Source: Sulfolobaceae archaeon
GTDB taxonomy: Archaea > Thermoproteota > Thermoprotei_A > Sulfolobales > Sulfolobaceae
NCBI GenBank assembly: GCA_038893355.1
Contig: JAWARQ010000002.1
Location: forward strand, 64,001-128,000
DNA length: 64,000 nucleotides
Direction of reading: 5' to 3'
Below, piece by piece: positions 20,170 through 29,606 of this stretch. The notes under the pieces are model-generated. The model ran no database searches and was not told the origin of the DNA. It was given only the letters and a program-made list of their open reading frames with translations. How positions within the stretch are numbered: the stretch's first letter is position 1; each line of letters begins with the position of its first letter. The position numbers were made by a program, and so were the translations under genes.

Positions 20170-21192
20170 TTATAAATTAAATTCTTTTGCATATTCAAAT
20201 ATTCCTTTAGGCCAATTAAGTCCTAGCTTAGTAGCAATATTTATATCATCACGTGATGCTACACCCTCCATTTCTAGCCAATAAGCTTCCTTAATAGCTT
20301 CAATGAGTAACTCTTCCTTTCGTGGTTTCTTAGAAACACTTTCAGGAATTTTAGGCTTATTGCTACTCCAATCATAAAATCCTTTACCGGTTTTTAAACC
20401 TAATCTTCCTTCTTTTACTAATTTTTCAAAATAATCACAAGTAAAATCAAAACCCCTTCTTCTAACTTCATTCGAAATTTGATAGTTTATATCTATTCCA
20501 GTATAGTCTAAAAGTTCAAATATGCCCATAGGAAACCCTAATTCATACTTAGCTACATAATCTATCTCTTCATGAGAATAATTTTTAAGCAATTTACATG
20601 CAGTAGAGAAAATCCTAAATAAAATTCTATTAACAACAAATCCTACAACATCCTTTCTAACTGCTATTGGAACTTTTTCAATTGATTTTACTATTTCTAT
20701 AGCAGTAAGAAACACATTATCTGCAGTATAATTCCCCTTTATAACCTCCACTAGCCTCATTAGTACTGGTGGATTAAAGAAATGCATTCCCAAAAATCTA
20801 TGTGGATTTTTGACTGAAATTGAAAGTTCAGTTATAGGTATACTACTAGTATTTGTTGCAATTATAGAATTAATATTTGCGTACTCACTAACTTTCTTAA
20901 AGAGGTTAGATTTAATCTCAAAGTCCTCTGGAACAGCTTCTATTATAAGTTCAGAATCTTTAACCGCAATTGCTAAATCTCTTGTAGTTACAATATTTGA
21001 CATAATATTGTTTATATCAGATTTTAATTTACCTTTCTCCTTAAGTTTTATTAAAGATTCCCTTATTCTTTGAATTGCCTTATTTAATGCTTCATCGAAT
21101 ATATCATATAAATAAACTTTATTGCCATAAATTGCAAAAACTTCCGCTATTCCATGACCCATAGTTCCTGCTCCAAGTACAGAAACAATCAT
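20170..21192 (-). CDS. 3-hydroxyacyl-CoA dehydrogenase (PaaH-like)
   Basis: GAGTMGHG, EAVPE, TNTSS, HFFNPP, GFVVNR. Confidence 0.94.
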   Translation of the reverse strand: MIVSVLGAGTMGHGIAEVFAIYGNKVYLYDIFDEALNKAIQRIRESLIKLKEKGKLKSDINNIMSNIVTTRDLAIAVKDSELIIEAVPEDFEIKSNLFKKVSEYANINSIIATNTSSIPITELSISVKNPHRFLGMHFFNPPVLMRLVEVIKGNYTADNVFLTAIEIVKSIEKVPIAVRKDVVGFVVNRILFRIFSTACKLLKNYSHEEIDYVAKYELGFPMGIFELLDYTGIDINYQISNEVRRRGFDFTCDYFEKLVKEGRLGLKTGKGFYDWSSNKPKIPESVSKKPRKEELLIEAIKEAYWLEMEGVASRDDINIATKLGLNWPKGIFEYAKEFNL

Positions 21193-22481
21193 TGTCTTAT
21201 GATCACCCTCCTAGACTTTCCTTCCCATCTAGGTAAAGTTCCAATTGGTACAATCTCAATTTCAGGTTTTACGAAAGCGACCTCCATAATACCTTCCTCT
21301 AGCCTTTTCTTATCTATTACTTCTTCTGCTTCAATTTTAATAATTACTTTTCCTTCTATTTTATCTACAATTATTTGATATTCTCTTACAGGAAATCTCA
21401 TAATTACAGACTCTACTGCCATAGGATATATCTTAACACCTTTAAAGAATATTACATCGTCTATCCTACCTTTAATCCTCTTAATTTTAGAGTGTGGAAT
21501 ATCATCATCACTATGTCTTATTGCAGTAATATCCCTAGTTCTGTATCTTATTACAGGCATAGCATCCTTACTTAAGGTCGTTAATACTAATTCTCCTTCC
21601 TCTTCCTCTCCTCCTACTAGTTCACCAGAGGTAGGATCTATAATTTCAACATAGAAATGATCCTCCCAAATATGCAGCCATTCATGATTATCATAGGGAC
21701 ATTCTTGTGCAACGCCAGGTCCAATAGCTTCTGTTAAACCGTAAATTATTCTAGCGCCACCACCTCTAGATTTTAGACCTAATCCTTTTTCTATCTTTTC
21801 TAGCATTTCCACTGTCATTGGTTCTGCTCCTGGAATTGCAAGCCTTAGATTTAATTCTTTTTCTGGATCTATGCCCAATCTCTTTATAGTTTCCACTATA
21901 TATAGCTCATAAGATGGAGTTCCAGTAATTACTGTTGCCTTAAAATCCTTAATAGCTTTAATCAAAGCTTCTGTTCTTCCAACACTCCACGGGATAACCT
22001 TAGCGCCTATTCTTTGAATTCCAATATGTAACCCAATACCACCAGTAAATAAACCATATCCATAAATATTTACAACTATATCTTTAACTGTAACACCTGC
22101 AGTCCTTAAACATCTACCAACTAGATCAGCCCATAATTCCATATCGTTTTTAGTATAAGCACCAACAGTAGGTATACCTGTTGTGCCAGACGTCATGTGC
22201 CACCCTACTAACTCCTCGAAATTTACAGCAAGAAACTCCCCACCGTAAGGATAAGCATAGTTTCTTAAATCATCTTTAGTAGTAAATGGCACCTTCTTTG
22301 AAAAATCCTCTGGTGATTTTATATCCTCTGGCGTAATTCCCCTACTTTTGAATACCTTTCTATAGAAAGGTATGTTTTCATAAGCCCTCTTTATTAATTT
22401 TCTTAACTTAAACCATTGAATTTCCTTAATTTCTTCTCTTTTTAACGCCTTAGGATCTGTTTGGTCATATTCCTTTATCAT
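21189..22481 (-). CDS. paaK: Phenylacetate-CoA ligase
   Basis: PFTTKDDLR, TSGTTG, YGYGLFTGG, YGLTE, RYRTRD. Confidence 0.9.
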   Translation of the reverse strand: MIKEYDQTDPKALKREEIKEIQWFKLRKLIKRAYENIPFYRKVFKSRGITPEDIKSPEDFSKKVPFTTKDDLRNYAYPYGGEFLAVNFEELVGWHMTSGTTGIPTVGAYTKNDMELWADLVGRCLRTAGVTVKDIVVNIYGYGLFTGGIGLHIGIQRIGAKVIPWSVGRTEALIKAIKDFKATVITGTPSYELYIVETIKRLGIDPEKELNLRLAIPGAEPMTVEMLEKIEKGLGLKSRGGGARIIYGLTEAIGPGVAQECPYDNHEWLHIWEDHFYVEIIDPTSGELVGGEEEEGELVLTTLSKDAMPVIRYRTRDITAIRHSDDDIPHSKIKRIKGRIDDVIFFKGVKIYPMAVESVIMRFPVREYQIIVDKIEGKVIIKIEAEEVIDKKRLEEGIMEVAFVKPEIEIVPIGTLPRWEGKSRRVIIRQ

Positions 22482-22864
22482 TCTATCACCTCCGCAATAA
22501 CCCTTAAACCATCAGTTGTTAATCGTACTTTACTTCCAACCTTTGGCTTTCCTTTAACCCAACACATTAACCCTATTCCATCCTTATTCTTCACTATTCC
22601 TACAATATAATCTGAATAATTTTCAAAACCTTGAGGCTTTTGCACTACTATACTATAAGTCATGAGTTCTCCTTCTTTAGATAGACTAAACCACTCCATG
22701 TCACTCGATTTACAGTTTGCACAATCTAACTGTGGAGGATAATATATCTCGCCACATTTTTTACACTTAGTTGCTAAAATTTCTCCTTTTTTAAGACCTT
22801 CTATATATTCTCTTGGGTATTCAATGGTATATCTTAGATTTAACGGTATTGCATCGATTTGCAA
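22478..22864 (-). CDS. DUF35 Zn-ribbon/OB-fold thiolase partner
   Basis: CKKCG..YYPP..CANC, adjacent to thiolase. Confidence 0.9.
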   Translation of the reverse strand: MQIDAIPLNLRYTIEYPREYIEGLKKGEILATKCKKCGEIYYPPQLDCANCKSSDMEWFSLSKEGELMTYSIVVQKPQGFENYSDYIVGIVKNKDGIGLMCWVKGKPKVGSKVRLTTDGLRVIAEVIE

Positions 22865-22868
22865 TATC

Positions 22869-24038
22869 TCACCTCTTAAGTATCATTACATATGCAAAGT
22901 GTCCAGTTCCTCCAACATTATGAACAAGACCAATATATCTCTTTAATGGATGCTGTAAAGGACCTGCCTCTTCCCTAAGTTGTTTATATATTTCATAAAT
23001 CATACTAAGCCCAGTTGCCCCTAGTGGATGACCTTTAGCCTTTAAGCCGCCAAATAAATTTACTCCTACTTTTCCTCCCTTCTCACTTTGACCTTCTTCA
23101 ATAAATTTACCACCCTTTCCCTTTTCAACAAAGCCCAAATCTTCATAACCTATTATTTCCGCAATAGTAAATGCATCATGTACAGTTGCTACTTCAACCA
23201 TATTAGGCTCAATCTTGGCCATTTTATATGCAGTTCTTGCTGCAAGTTGAGTAGCTCTAAAACTCGTCCATTCTCCTCTTCTAGCAACATAAGCATAATC
23301 ATTTGCATAACCTATGCCCTCTACCCATACTGGGTCACTAATCTTTAATTCCTTCACTTTATCCTCAGAAGCAAAGATTACTGTAGCAGATCCATCACTA
23401 ATGGGACAAGAATCTAAAAGTTTAATTGGCCATGCTATAATCCTAGACTTTAATACATCTTCAACTGTTATTTTATTCTGGAAGTGAGCCTTAGGATTCA
23501 TTGAACCATACTTATGAGCTTTAACGGCAACCATTGCCATTTGTTCTTCAGTAGTACCATATACTGCCATATGTCTAGTAGCGTACAGTGCATAATACAT
23601 AGGGAAAGTTGTACCGTAAAAATGATATTCCCAAATATAATTACCTCCTCTACCTCCTATTGCTAATGAAGTAGAAGTATCAACTTCCGTCATCTTGTCC
23701 ACACCGACCGCCATAACTATATCAGCTAATCCAGAGGATATCATATTTACCGCAAGAAATGCAGCTGCTAGACCAGTTGCACACATTGCCTCAACCCTCA
23801 TCGGCAACTTTCCTACCATCTTTGAGTAATCAGTTACTGGTAACGCAGGGTAAATTTCCACACCCCTATATGCAGTACTTCCAACTACTATACTATCAAT
23901 GTCTTTCTGATCAATCCCACTATCCTCAAAAGCTTCTTTAATAGATTCCCATGCTAATGAGGAAACTGTCTTGTCTTGCCTCTTGCCGAATTTAGAATTT
24001 CCAGCACCAATTATTGCAACTTTTCTTCTTAACGACAT
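22869..24038 (-). CDS. Thiolase (SCP2/archaeal type)
   Basis: EAMCATG, HDAFT, GHPLGATG, HNVGG. Confidence 0.93.
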   Translation of the reverse strand: MSLRRKVAIIGAGNSKFGKRQDKTVSSLAWESIKEAFEDSGIDQKDIDSIVVGSTAYRGVEIYPALPVTDYSKMVGKLPMRVEAMCATGLAAAFLAVNMISSGLADIVMAVGVDKMTEVDTSTSLAIGGRGGNYIWEYHFYGTTFPMYYALYATRHMAVYGTTEEQMAMVAVKAHKYGSMNPKAHFQNKITVEDVLKSRIIAWPIKLLDSCPISDGSATVIFASEDKVKELKISDPVWVEGIGYANDYAYVARRGEWTSFRATQLAARTAYKMAKIEPNMVEVATVHDAFTIAEIIGYEDLGFVEKGKGGKFIEEGQSEKGGKVGVNLFGGLKAKGHPLGATGLSMIYEIYKQLREEAGPLQHPLKRYIGLVHNVGGTGHFAYVMILKR

Positions 24039-24114
24039 CAGTGTTATCTTGATATAATGGGATATAAATGTTTATATGAAAAATTATATATGCTATCAGT
24101 TCCAATAATTTTTA

Positions 24115-24888
24115 ATGACCCTAGTATATGAAACGATAAAAGTTGAAAAAATAGGGAGAATATGCATAATTAGACTAAATAGGCCTGATAAACTTAACGC
24201 AATAAATATAAAAATGGTAGACGAACTTGTAGATGCACTTAATCAAATAGAGAATGATAATGATATAAGAGTAGTGATAATAACCGGAAGTGGAAGAGCA
24301 TTTAGTGCAGGTGCTGATGTTAAGGAAATGGTTGACTCTAAATTAGAATTTATAATTAGAAAAGGCCATTTACCGCTGTGGGAAAGATTAAGGAACTTTA
24401 GAAAGCCAATTATTGCAGCTCTTAATGGAATTACTGCAGGCGGAGGATTAGAGTTAGCTATGGCTTGTGATATAATAATAGCAGCAGAATCTGCTATGTT
24501 AGGGCAACCGGAAATTAATCTAGGAATAATGCCAGGGGCAGGTGGAACGCAAAGATTAACAAGGACTATTGGAAAGTATAAGGCAATGGAATTGGTTTTA
24601 ACTGGTAAGCTTATTTCCGCAAGAGAAGCAGAAAGACTTGGTCTTGTTACAAAAGTAGTACCAGATGAGGCGTTGTTAGATGAGGCGTTAAGACTTGCAA
24701 ATGAGATAGCTTCAAAGCCACCTTTGGCCGTAGAATTAGCTAAAGAAGCTGTAAATAGAGCTCTAGAGACTAATCTGCAGCAAGGATTAGATATAGAAAG
24801 GAGAAATTTCATTTTAACATTAGCTACTGAAGATGCAAAAGAAGGAATGATGGCCTTTTTAGAAAAGAGAAAACCTAGGTGGTCTTAA
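24115..24888 (+). CDS. Enoyl-CoA hydratase (PaaF-like)
   Basis: AFSAGAD, GGGLE, QPEINLG with both catalytic Glu. Confidence 0.92.
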   Translation: MTLVYETIKVEKIGRICIIRLNRPDKLNAINIKMVDELVDALNQIENDNDIRVVIITGSGRAFSAGADVKEMVDSKLEFIIRKGHLPLWERLRNFRKPIIAALNGITAGGGLELAMACDIIIAAESAMLGQPEINLGIMPGAGGTQRLTRTIGKYKAMELVLTGKLISAREAERLGLVTKVVPDEALLDEALRLANEIASKPPLAVELAKEAVNRALETNLQQGLDIERRNFILTLATEDAKEGMMAFLEKRKPRWS

Positions 24889-25637
24889 TGTTAGAGACAG
24901 TAATTAAAAATAAGTATGCTATAGTAACGTTAAATAGGCAAGATAAACTTAATGCTCTAAATAAGGAGTTAAGGTCAAAATTATTAGGAACATTAAGGCA
25001 ATTAAATAATAACCCTGAAATTAGAGTTGTGATACTAACTGGTGCAGGTAGAGCATTCTGTGTAGGTGCAGACGTAAGCGAAGATGTTAAAGATGTTTAT
25101 GAAGATTTAAAGTATAGTTTTCATCCATTAATTTATGAAATAAGAAATCCTAACAAAATATATATTGCGGCAATAAATGGGGTAACAGCCGGTGCATGTA
25201 TAGGATTAGCTCTATCTTGTGACATAAGGATAGCCAAAAAGGGTGTAAGATTTATAACTGCGTTTCAAAGATTAGGTTTAACATCAGATACTGGCGTAGC
25301 GTATTTCCTCTTAAAACTTGCACCAAATCAAAGAACTTACGAGCTTTCCATTATAGGGGGAGAGTTTACTTCTGATGAGGCTAGTATATGGGGTTTAATG
25401 AAATTAGCCGATGAGCCCTTAAGCGAAGCTGAAAAGATAGCAACTCAGATAGTTGAAGGTCCATTCTTATCTTATATCAGTGGAAAGAAAATGGTTAACA
25501 TGGTACTGTATCATGATCTAGATAGATTCCTAGACTACGAGGCACAATTACAAGGTATGTTAGGTAAAAGTGAAGATTTTAAGGAAGGTGTTTCTGCATT
25601 TAGGGAAAAGAGAGAACCTAAGTTTAAAGGGGTCTAA
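24879..25637 (+). CDS. Crotonase-family isomerase (PaaG-like)
   Basis: AFCVGAD; lacks the hydratase glutamates and has FQRLGLTSDTG like PaaG's F..LGL.PD.G. Confidence 0.8.
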   Translation: MVLMLETVIKNKYAIVTLNRQDKLNALNKELRSKLLGTLRQLNNNPEIRVVILTGAGRAFCVGADVSEDVKDVYEDLKYSFHPLIYEIRNPNKIYIAAINGVTAGACIGLALSCDIRIAKKGVRFITAFQRLGLTSDTGVAYFLLKLAPNQRTYELSIIGGEFTSDEASIWGLMKLADEPLSEAEKIATQIVEGPFLSYISGKKMVNMVLYHDLDRFLDYEAQLQGMLGKSEDFKEGVSAFREKREPKFKGV

Positions 25638-25660
25638 TCTATTTCTACTATAAGTAGAAG

Positions 25661-26611
25661 ATGAGGTTTATGCCAAATAAGGAGGGTAGTAGTATAAGAA
25701 GGATCCAAAAAATTAAGGGTGGTAGCTATATTATAAGCATACCACCCGACTGGATAAGAAGAAATGGTTTAGATGTGAAAAGTGAAGTTGAAGTAATAGA
25801 AACCTCTGAGGGTCTTATAATCAGACCTATTAAACCTAAAGAGGCTGTTAAAGAAATAAAGTTCACGAATATCGAGACTGTTGAATACTTAATAACTGCA
25901 TACTACATGCAAGGTGCTTCAAGAATAATTATTAGGGGAGAGAGGATTATTAGACCAGAGGACAAATTAAGGCTGAAAAACCTTCAACTTGAATTACCAG
26001 GGCTTGAGGTTGAAGAGGAAGGATTTGATAGTATTATATTTAGAGTAAATTACTCTTTAGACACTGATATAAAGTCTTCAGTATCTAATTTTGCTACAAG
26101 AATTGGCGACCTTATAAGTGATTTAAAAAAGGCGATAGAGAGTTCTGATAGGGCAATGGCTGAAGATATTAAATTAAGAGTAGATGAATTAATGAAAAGG
26201 TATAGAACGATAATTAGACAAATAGCGTTAATAATACAATTAAATTATTTTGTACTACCATTCAAAGATATTGTGCTTTTTGCAATAGCTATGAGGGATA
26301 TGGGGAGAATAATACATCATATAAAAACATGTGCAATGATTTTATCAAAATGCGAAAAAATATCTAATGAAATAGTAAAGGAGATAGAAGAAATAGCAGA
26401 GTTATTTAGGAAATCATTTAAAGTATTTGATGTAGAAGACCTTTCATTAATTCCGGAAATTAGAAGAAAAACAAAGGAATTGTATTCTATAAATGAAAAA
26501 ATAATAAGGAATAATCATTGTTCAAGTGAAATTGCAAAAGAATTAAATAGAATGCTCAGTTACATTATTGCATTAATGGATGATGGAGTTCATAAGAGTG
26601 TGCGAATTTAA
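25661..26611 (+). CDS. AbrB-PhoU family regulator
   Basis: RRIQKIKGGSYIISIPPDW AbrB domain followed by helical PhoU-like repeats. Confidence 0.85.
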   Translation: MRFMPNKEGSSIRRIQKIKGGSYIISIPPDWIRRNGLDVKSEVEVIETSEGLIIRPIKPKEAVKEIKFTNIETVEYLITAYYMQGASRIIIRGERIIRPEDKLRLKNLQLELPGLEVEEEGFDSIIFRVNYSLDTDIKSSVSNFATRIGDLISDLKKAIESSDRAMAEDIKLRVDELMKRYRTIIRQIALIIQLNYFVLPFKDIVLFAIAMRDMGRIIHHIKTCAMILSKCEKISNEIVKEIEEIAELFRKSFKVFDVEDLSLIPEIRRKTKELYSINEKIIRNNHCSSEIAKELNRMLSYIIALMDDGVHKSVRI

Positions 26612-27158
26612 TAGCTTCTAAAAATGTCCTCTTATTCTCCTCACCCTTAATAACATTTAAGAAATGTTCTTCTGAAATTAGGTCTTTAAAAGCACCTAGA
26701 CCTATTAAAAAACCTAAAACTGCTATGTTAACACCCCTAGGATTTTTAGTATTTTCAGCAATTTCATTTGCACTAATCCAGATTTTCTTAAAACCGTTAA
26801 GTTTCTTATCTATCTCCTCAAAATTTAAGACTTTTACCTTCGGTAATACCGGCCTTATGATACTCTTATTTATTATAATAACTGTCTTATACTTTGAAGC
26901 ATAGTTTATATTTCTTAAAACTTCCATTGCTTCAAGACCCAAAAGATAATCTGCTTCACCAAATGGGATTAAAGGCGCATAAACCTTATCACCTATTCTA
27001 ACATGCACATTCACTGCTCCACCTCTTTGTGCTAAGCCATGCGTTTCGGCTACAATCGCTTTTAAACCTGCGTTTAAGGCTGCATTAGCTAAAATCTTTC
27101 CTAAAGTTATTATACCCTGACCACCGATTCCTGCGATTAATATATTTACTTTAACCAT
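26565..27158 (-). CDS. iorB: Indolepyruvate:ferredoxin oxidoreductase beta subunit
   Basis: [18 protein letters not shown]. Confidence 0.93.
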   Translation of the reverse strand: MVKVNILIAGIGGQGIITLGKILANAALNAGLKAIVAETHGLAQRGGAVNVHVRIGDKVYAPLIPFGEADYLLGLEAMEVLRNINYASKYKTVIIINKSIIRPVLPKVKVLNFEEIDKKLNGFKKIWISANEIAENTKNPRGVNIAVLGFLIGLGAFKDLISEEHFLNVIKGEENKRTFLEAIKFAHSYELHHPLMQ

Positions 27159-28951
27159 AAATCCCAGCCTTCTGGATATTCTCCCTCAATACTTATCGCC
27201 TTAAATGGACAAATAGGTACACATGCACCACATCCGATACATAGCTTATTATCAATTATAGCCTTCTTGTTATCTAAAGGAATAATTGCAGGACAAGTAA
27301 AGTAATCATAGCATATGCTACATCCAGTACACTTATTTAAATCAACTTTAGCCCTTGGCAAATCACCTTTTATATTATCTAAAACATCTAATGCACATGC
27401 CCTCTTTGCTATTACAACTGCAGGCTTGAAATTCTTTTTAACCCATTTTACTGCTTCCGAAATTTTTTTAATAGATTCAGTGTAATTAAATGGATCTATT
27501 ACTTCTACGTATTCCACTCCCAAACCCTTTACAACCTTTTCTATATCGATCTTCTTAGATGGACTAGGTTGTTGGCCCGTCATTGCTGTAGCTCTGTTAT
27601 CTAGTATAATAATAAGTATAGGTAATTCATTATACACAGCATTAGCTATTCCAGATAAGCCAGAATGGAAAAATGTAGAATCACCGATAATTGCAACAGG
27701 GATTTCATTGGTAGCTCTATACACACCATTAGCTATTCCTAAACTAGAACCCATTTCTAAAGAAGTATCTTGCATATTAAACGGCGGAAGTACACCTAAA
27801 GTATAACAACCTATATCACCTGAGAAAAACGTAGTATTCAATGAACCCATTATTAAACCTTTCTTTAAATCAACATATGTAGACCTATGAGGACATCCTG
27901 CGCATAACGCTGGAGGCCTAGGGGGTACTTCAGGATTTAAAGGTTCTGGAATTGGAGTCTGTATATTAAAAAGCTTTCCTATTGCATATCTAACTCTATC
28001 TATAGTTAACTCTCCTATCCTTCCTATTAACTCTTTTCCATAAACTTTTATCCTAATCCCCTCATCATAGAGAATATCTTTAAGTTGCATCTCGACTATA
28101 GGCTCTAACTCCTCTACAACCAGTACTCTCTCAACGCCATCAATTGCTTTTAATATACAATCTTTAGATAGCGGTACTGGTACTGTAAGTCTTAGTATCT
28201 TACATTTTATCGCTAATTCCTCTACAACCTCTTTAACATATGCATATGCAATCCCGGAAGCAATTATTAAAGTAGAGCCATCGCCTTCAATTTCATTTAA
28301 TTTCGAGACGATCTCTTTTGCCCTTTCCCATCTTTTTAACTGTTCTTTCCTTAGCCTTCTTGCATTTTCTGGTACAAGCACATATCTTGAAGGATCTTTA
28401 ATTAATTTTCCTTTAATAGGCTTCTTAGGCGGTAATAGCTTTACCGGACCCCTAACATGACTCACCCTAGTTGTGGTTCTAAATATTATTAAAGATTTAA
28501 GTTCATCACTTATTTCAAATGCCTTAATTACTAAATCATATGCACTTTGAGGATCATAAGGTTCTATAACTGGTACTAGAGCATGCAATCCATAATATCT
28601 ATTATCTTGTTCATTTTGAGAAGACCACATTGAAGGATCATCAGCTGAAACTACAACTAAAGCTCCTTCAACTCCACTATAACTAGCACTCATTAATGCA
28701 TCTGAAGCAACATTTAAACCTACATGTTTCATTGCTACAATAGCTCTTGCACCAGTAATTGCTGCGCCAAAAGCAGTCTCAAAAGCTAATTTCTCATTAG
28801 AACTCCATTCAACATAAACTTCCTCGCCGTATTGCTTTAAAGTTTCAATTATTTCAGTTGAAGGAGTCCCTGGATAACCTGCAGCAACTGCAACACCAGC
28901 AGAAAGTGCACCAAAAGCTATTGCCTCATTACCTAGCAGCAATCTTAGCAT
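27146..28951 (-). CDS. iorA: Indolepyruvate:ferredoxin oxidoreductase alpha subunit
   Basis: [30 protein letters not shown]-terminal ferredoxin domain. Confidence 0.96.
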   Translation of the reverse strand: MLRLLLGNEAIAFGALSAGVAVAAGYPGTPSTEIIETLKQYGEEVYVEWSSNEKLAFETAFGAAITGARAIVAMKHVGLNVASDALMSASYSGVEGALVVVSADDPSMWSSQNEQDNRYYGLHALVPVIEPYDPQSAYDLVIKAFEISDELKSLIIFRTTTRVSHVRGPVKLLPPKKPIKGKLIKDPSRYVLVPENARRLRKEQLKRWERAKEIVSKLNEIEGDGSTLIIASGIAYAYVKEVVEELAIKCKILRLTVPVPLSKDCILKAIDGVERVLVVEELEPIVEMQLKDILYDEGIRIKVYGKELIGRIGELTIDRVRYAIGKLFNIQTPIPEPLNPEVPPRPPALCAGCPHRSTYVDLKKGLIMGSLNTTFFSGDIGCYTLGVLPPFNMQDTSLEMGSSLGIANGVYRATNEIPVAIIGDSTFFHSGLSGIANAVYNELPILIIILDNRATAMTGQQPSPSKKIDIEKVVKGLGVEYVEVIDPFNYTESIKKISEAVKWVKKNFKPAVVIAKRACALDVLDNIKGDLPRAKVDLNKCTGCSICYDYFTCPAIIPLDNKKAIIDNKLCIGCGACVPICPFKAISIEGEYPEGWDLWLK

Positions 28952-29144
28952 TTTATATCTAAAGCTATTTATAATTTATATAAAATAAATCTTTATAACA
29001 TGCCATTCTGAAAACATTTAAATACATATATTTAGACCTTGATAAAACATATAAGATTATAAAAACCTTTATATAATTTTTTAACACATTATTTTGATTA
29101 TAAAGGTTAGACTAATAAGGCTCTAAAAAGAATATAAAGTAATA

Positions 29145-29606
29145 ATGACCATTATAGTTAGAAAGACGCATAAAAAGGGTGAAAAAAGAATATGGATAAG
29201 AATTGGGGAAAGTCCACCAGTAATAAAAGAGGGTAAAATTAAGGATGGAGCATTCTTCGTAATAGTTGGAGATGATGAAGGTGAAAAGAAAATTCGATTG
29301 ACAGATCAAGAGGCTTTAGATATCGCGAACAGGATAATTATAGCATATAGAAAGCATATAAGGCAATATATGGAGCTAGATAAAATGGCTTATGCCGAAT
29401 ATAAGCAAAGAGTTAAAGAGGAGGAAAAGATTTCAGAAAAAGAGATTGAACTTGAATTATTAGAGTACCTCATTAAGAATAAGGGGGAGGTTAATATAGA
29501 AGATTTAAGAAAAGATTTAGGCGTGAAACATGCAGATGAAGTATTTCGTCTTGAAAGAAAAGGGATAGTAAAAATAATTGAAAATAAAGTTAGATTACTT
29601 ATTTAA
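29145..29606 (+). CDS. Hypothetical protein with C-terminal winged-helix-like segment
   Basis: Clean 153-aa ORF; EVFRLERKGIVKI wHTH-like tail. Confidence 0.7.
   Translation: MTIIVRKTHKKGEKRIWIRIGESPPVIKEGKIKDGAFFVIVGDDEGEKKIRLTDQEALDIANRIIIAYRKHIRQYMELDKMAYAEYKQRVKEEEKISEKEIELELLEYLIKNKGEVNIEDLRKDLGVKHADEVFRLERKGIVKIIENKVRLLI

Noticed and set aside
26565-26611. 3' overlaps of convergent genes (also near 372, 4901, 29595, 54331, 58781)
   Set aside because: Common in compact Sulfolobales genomes
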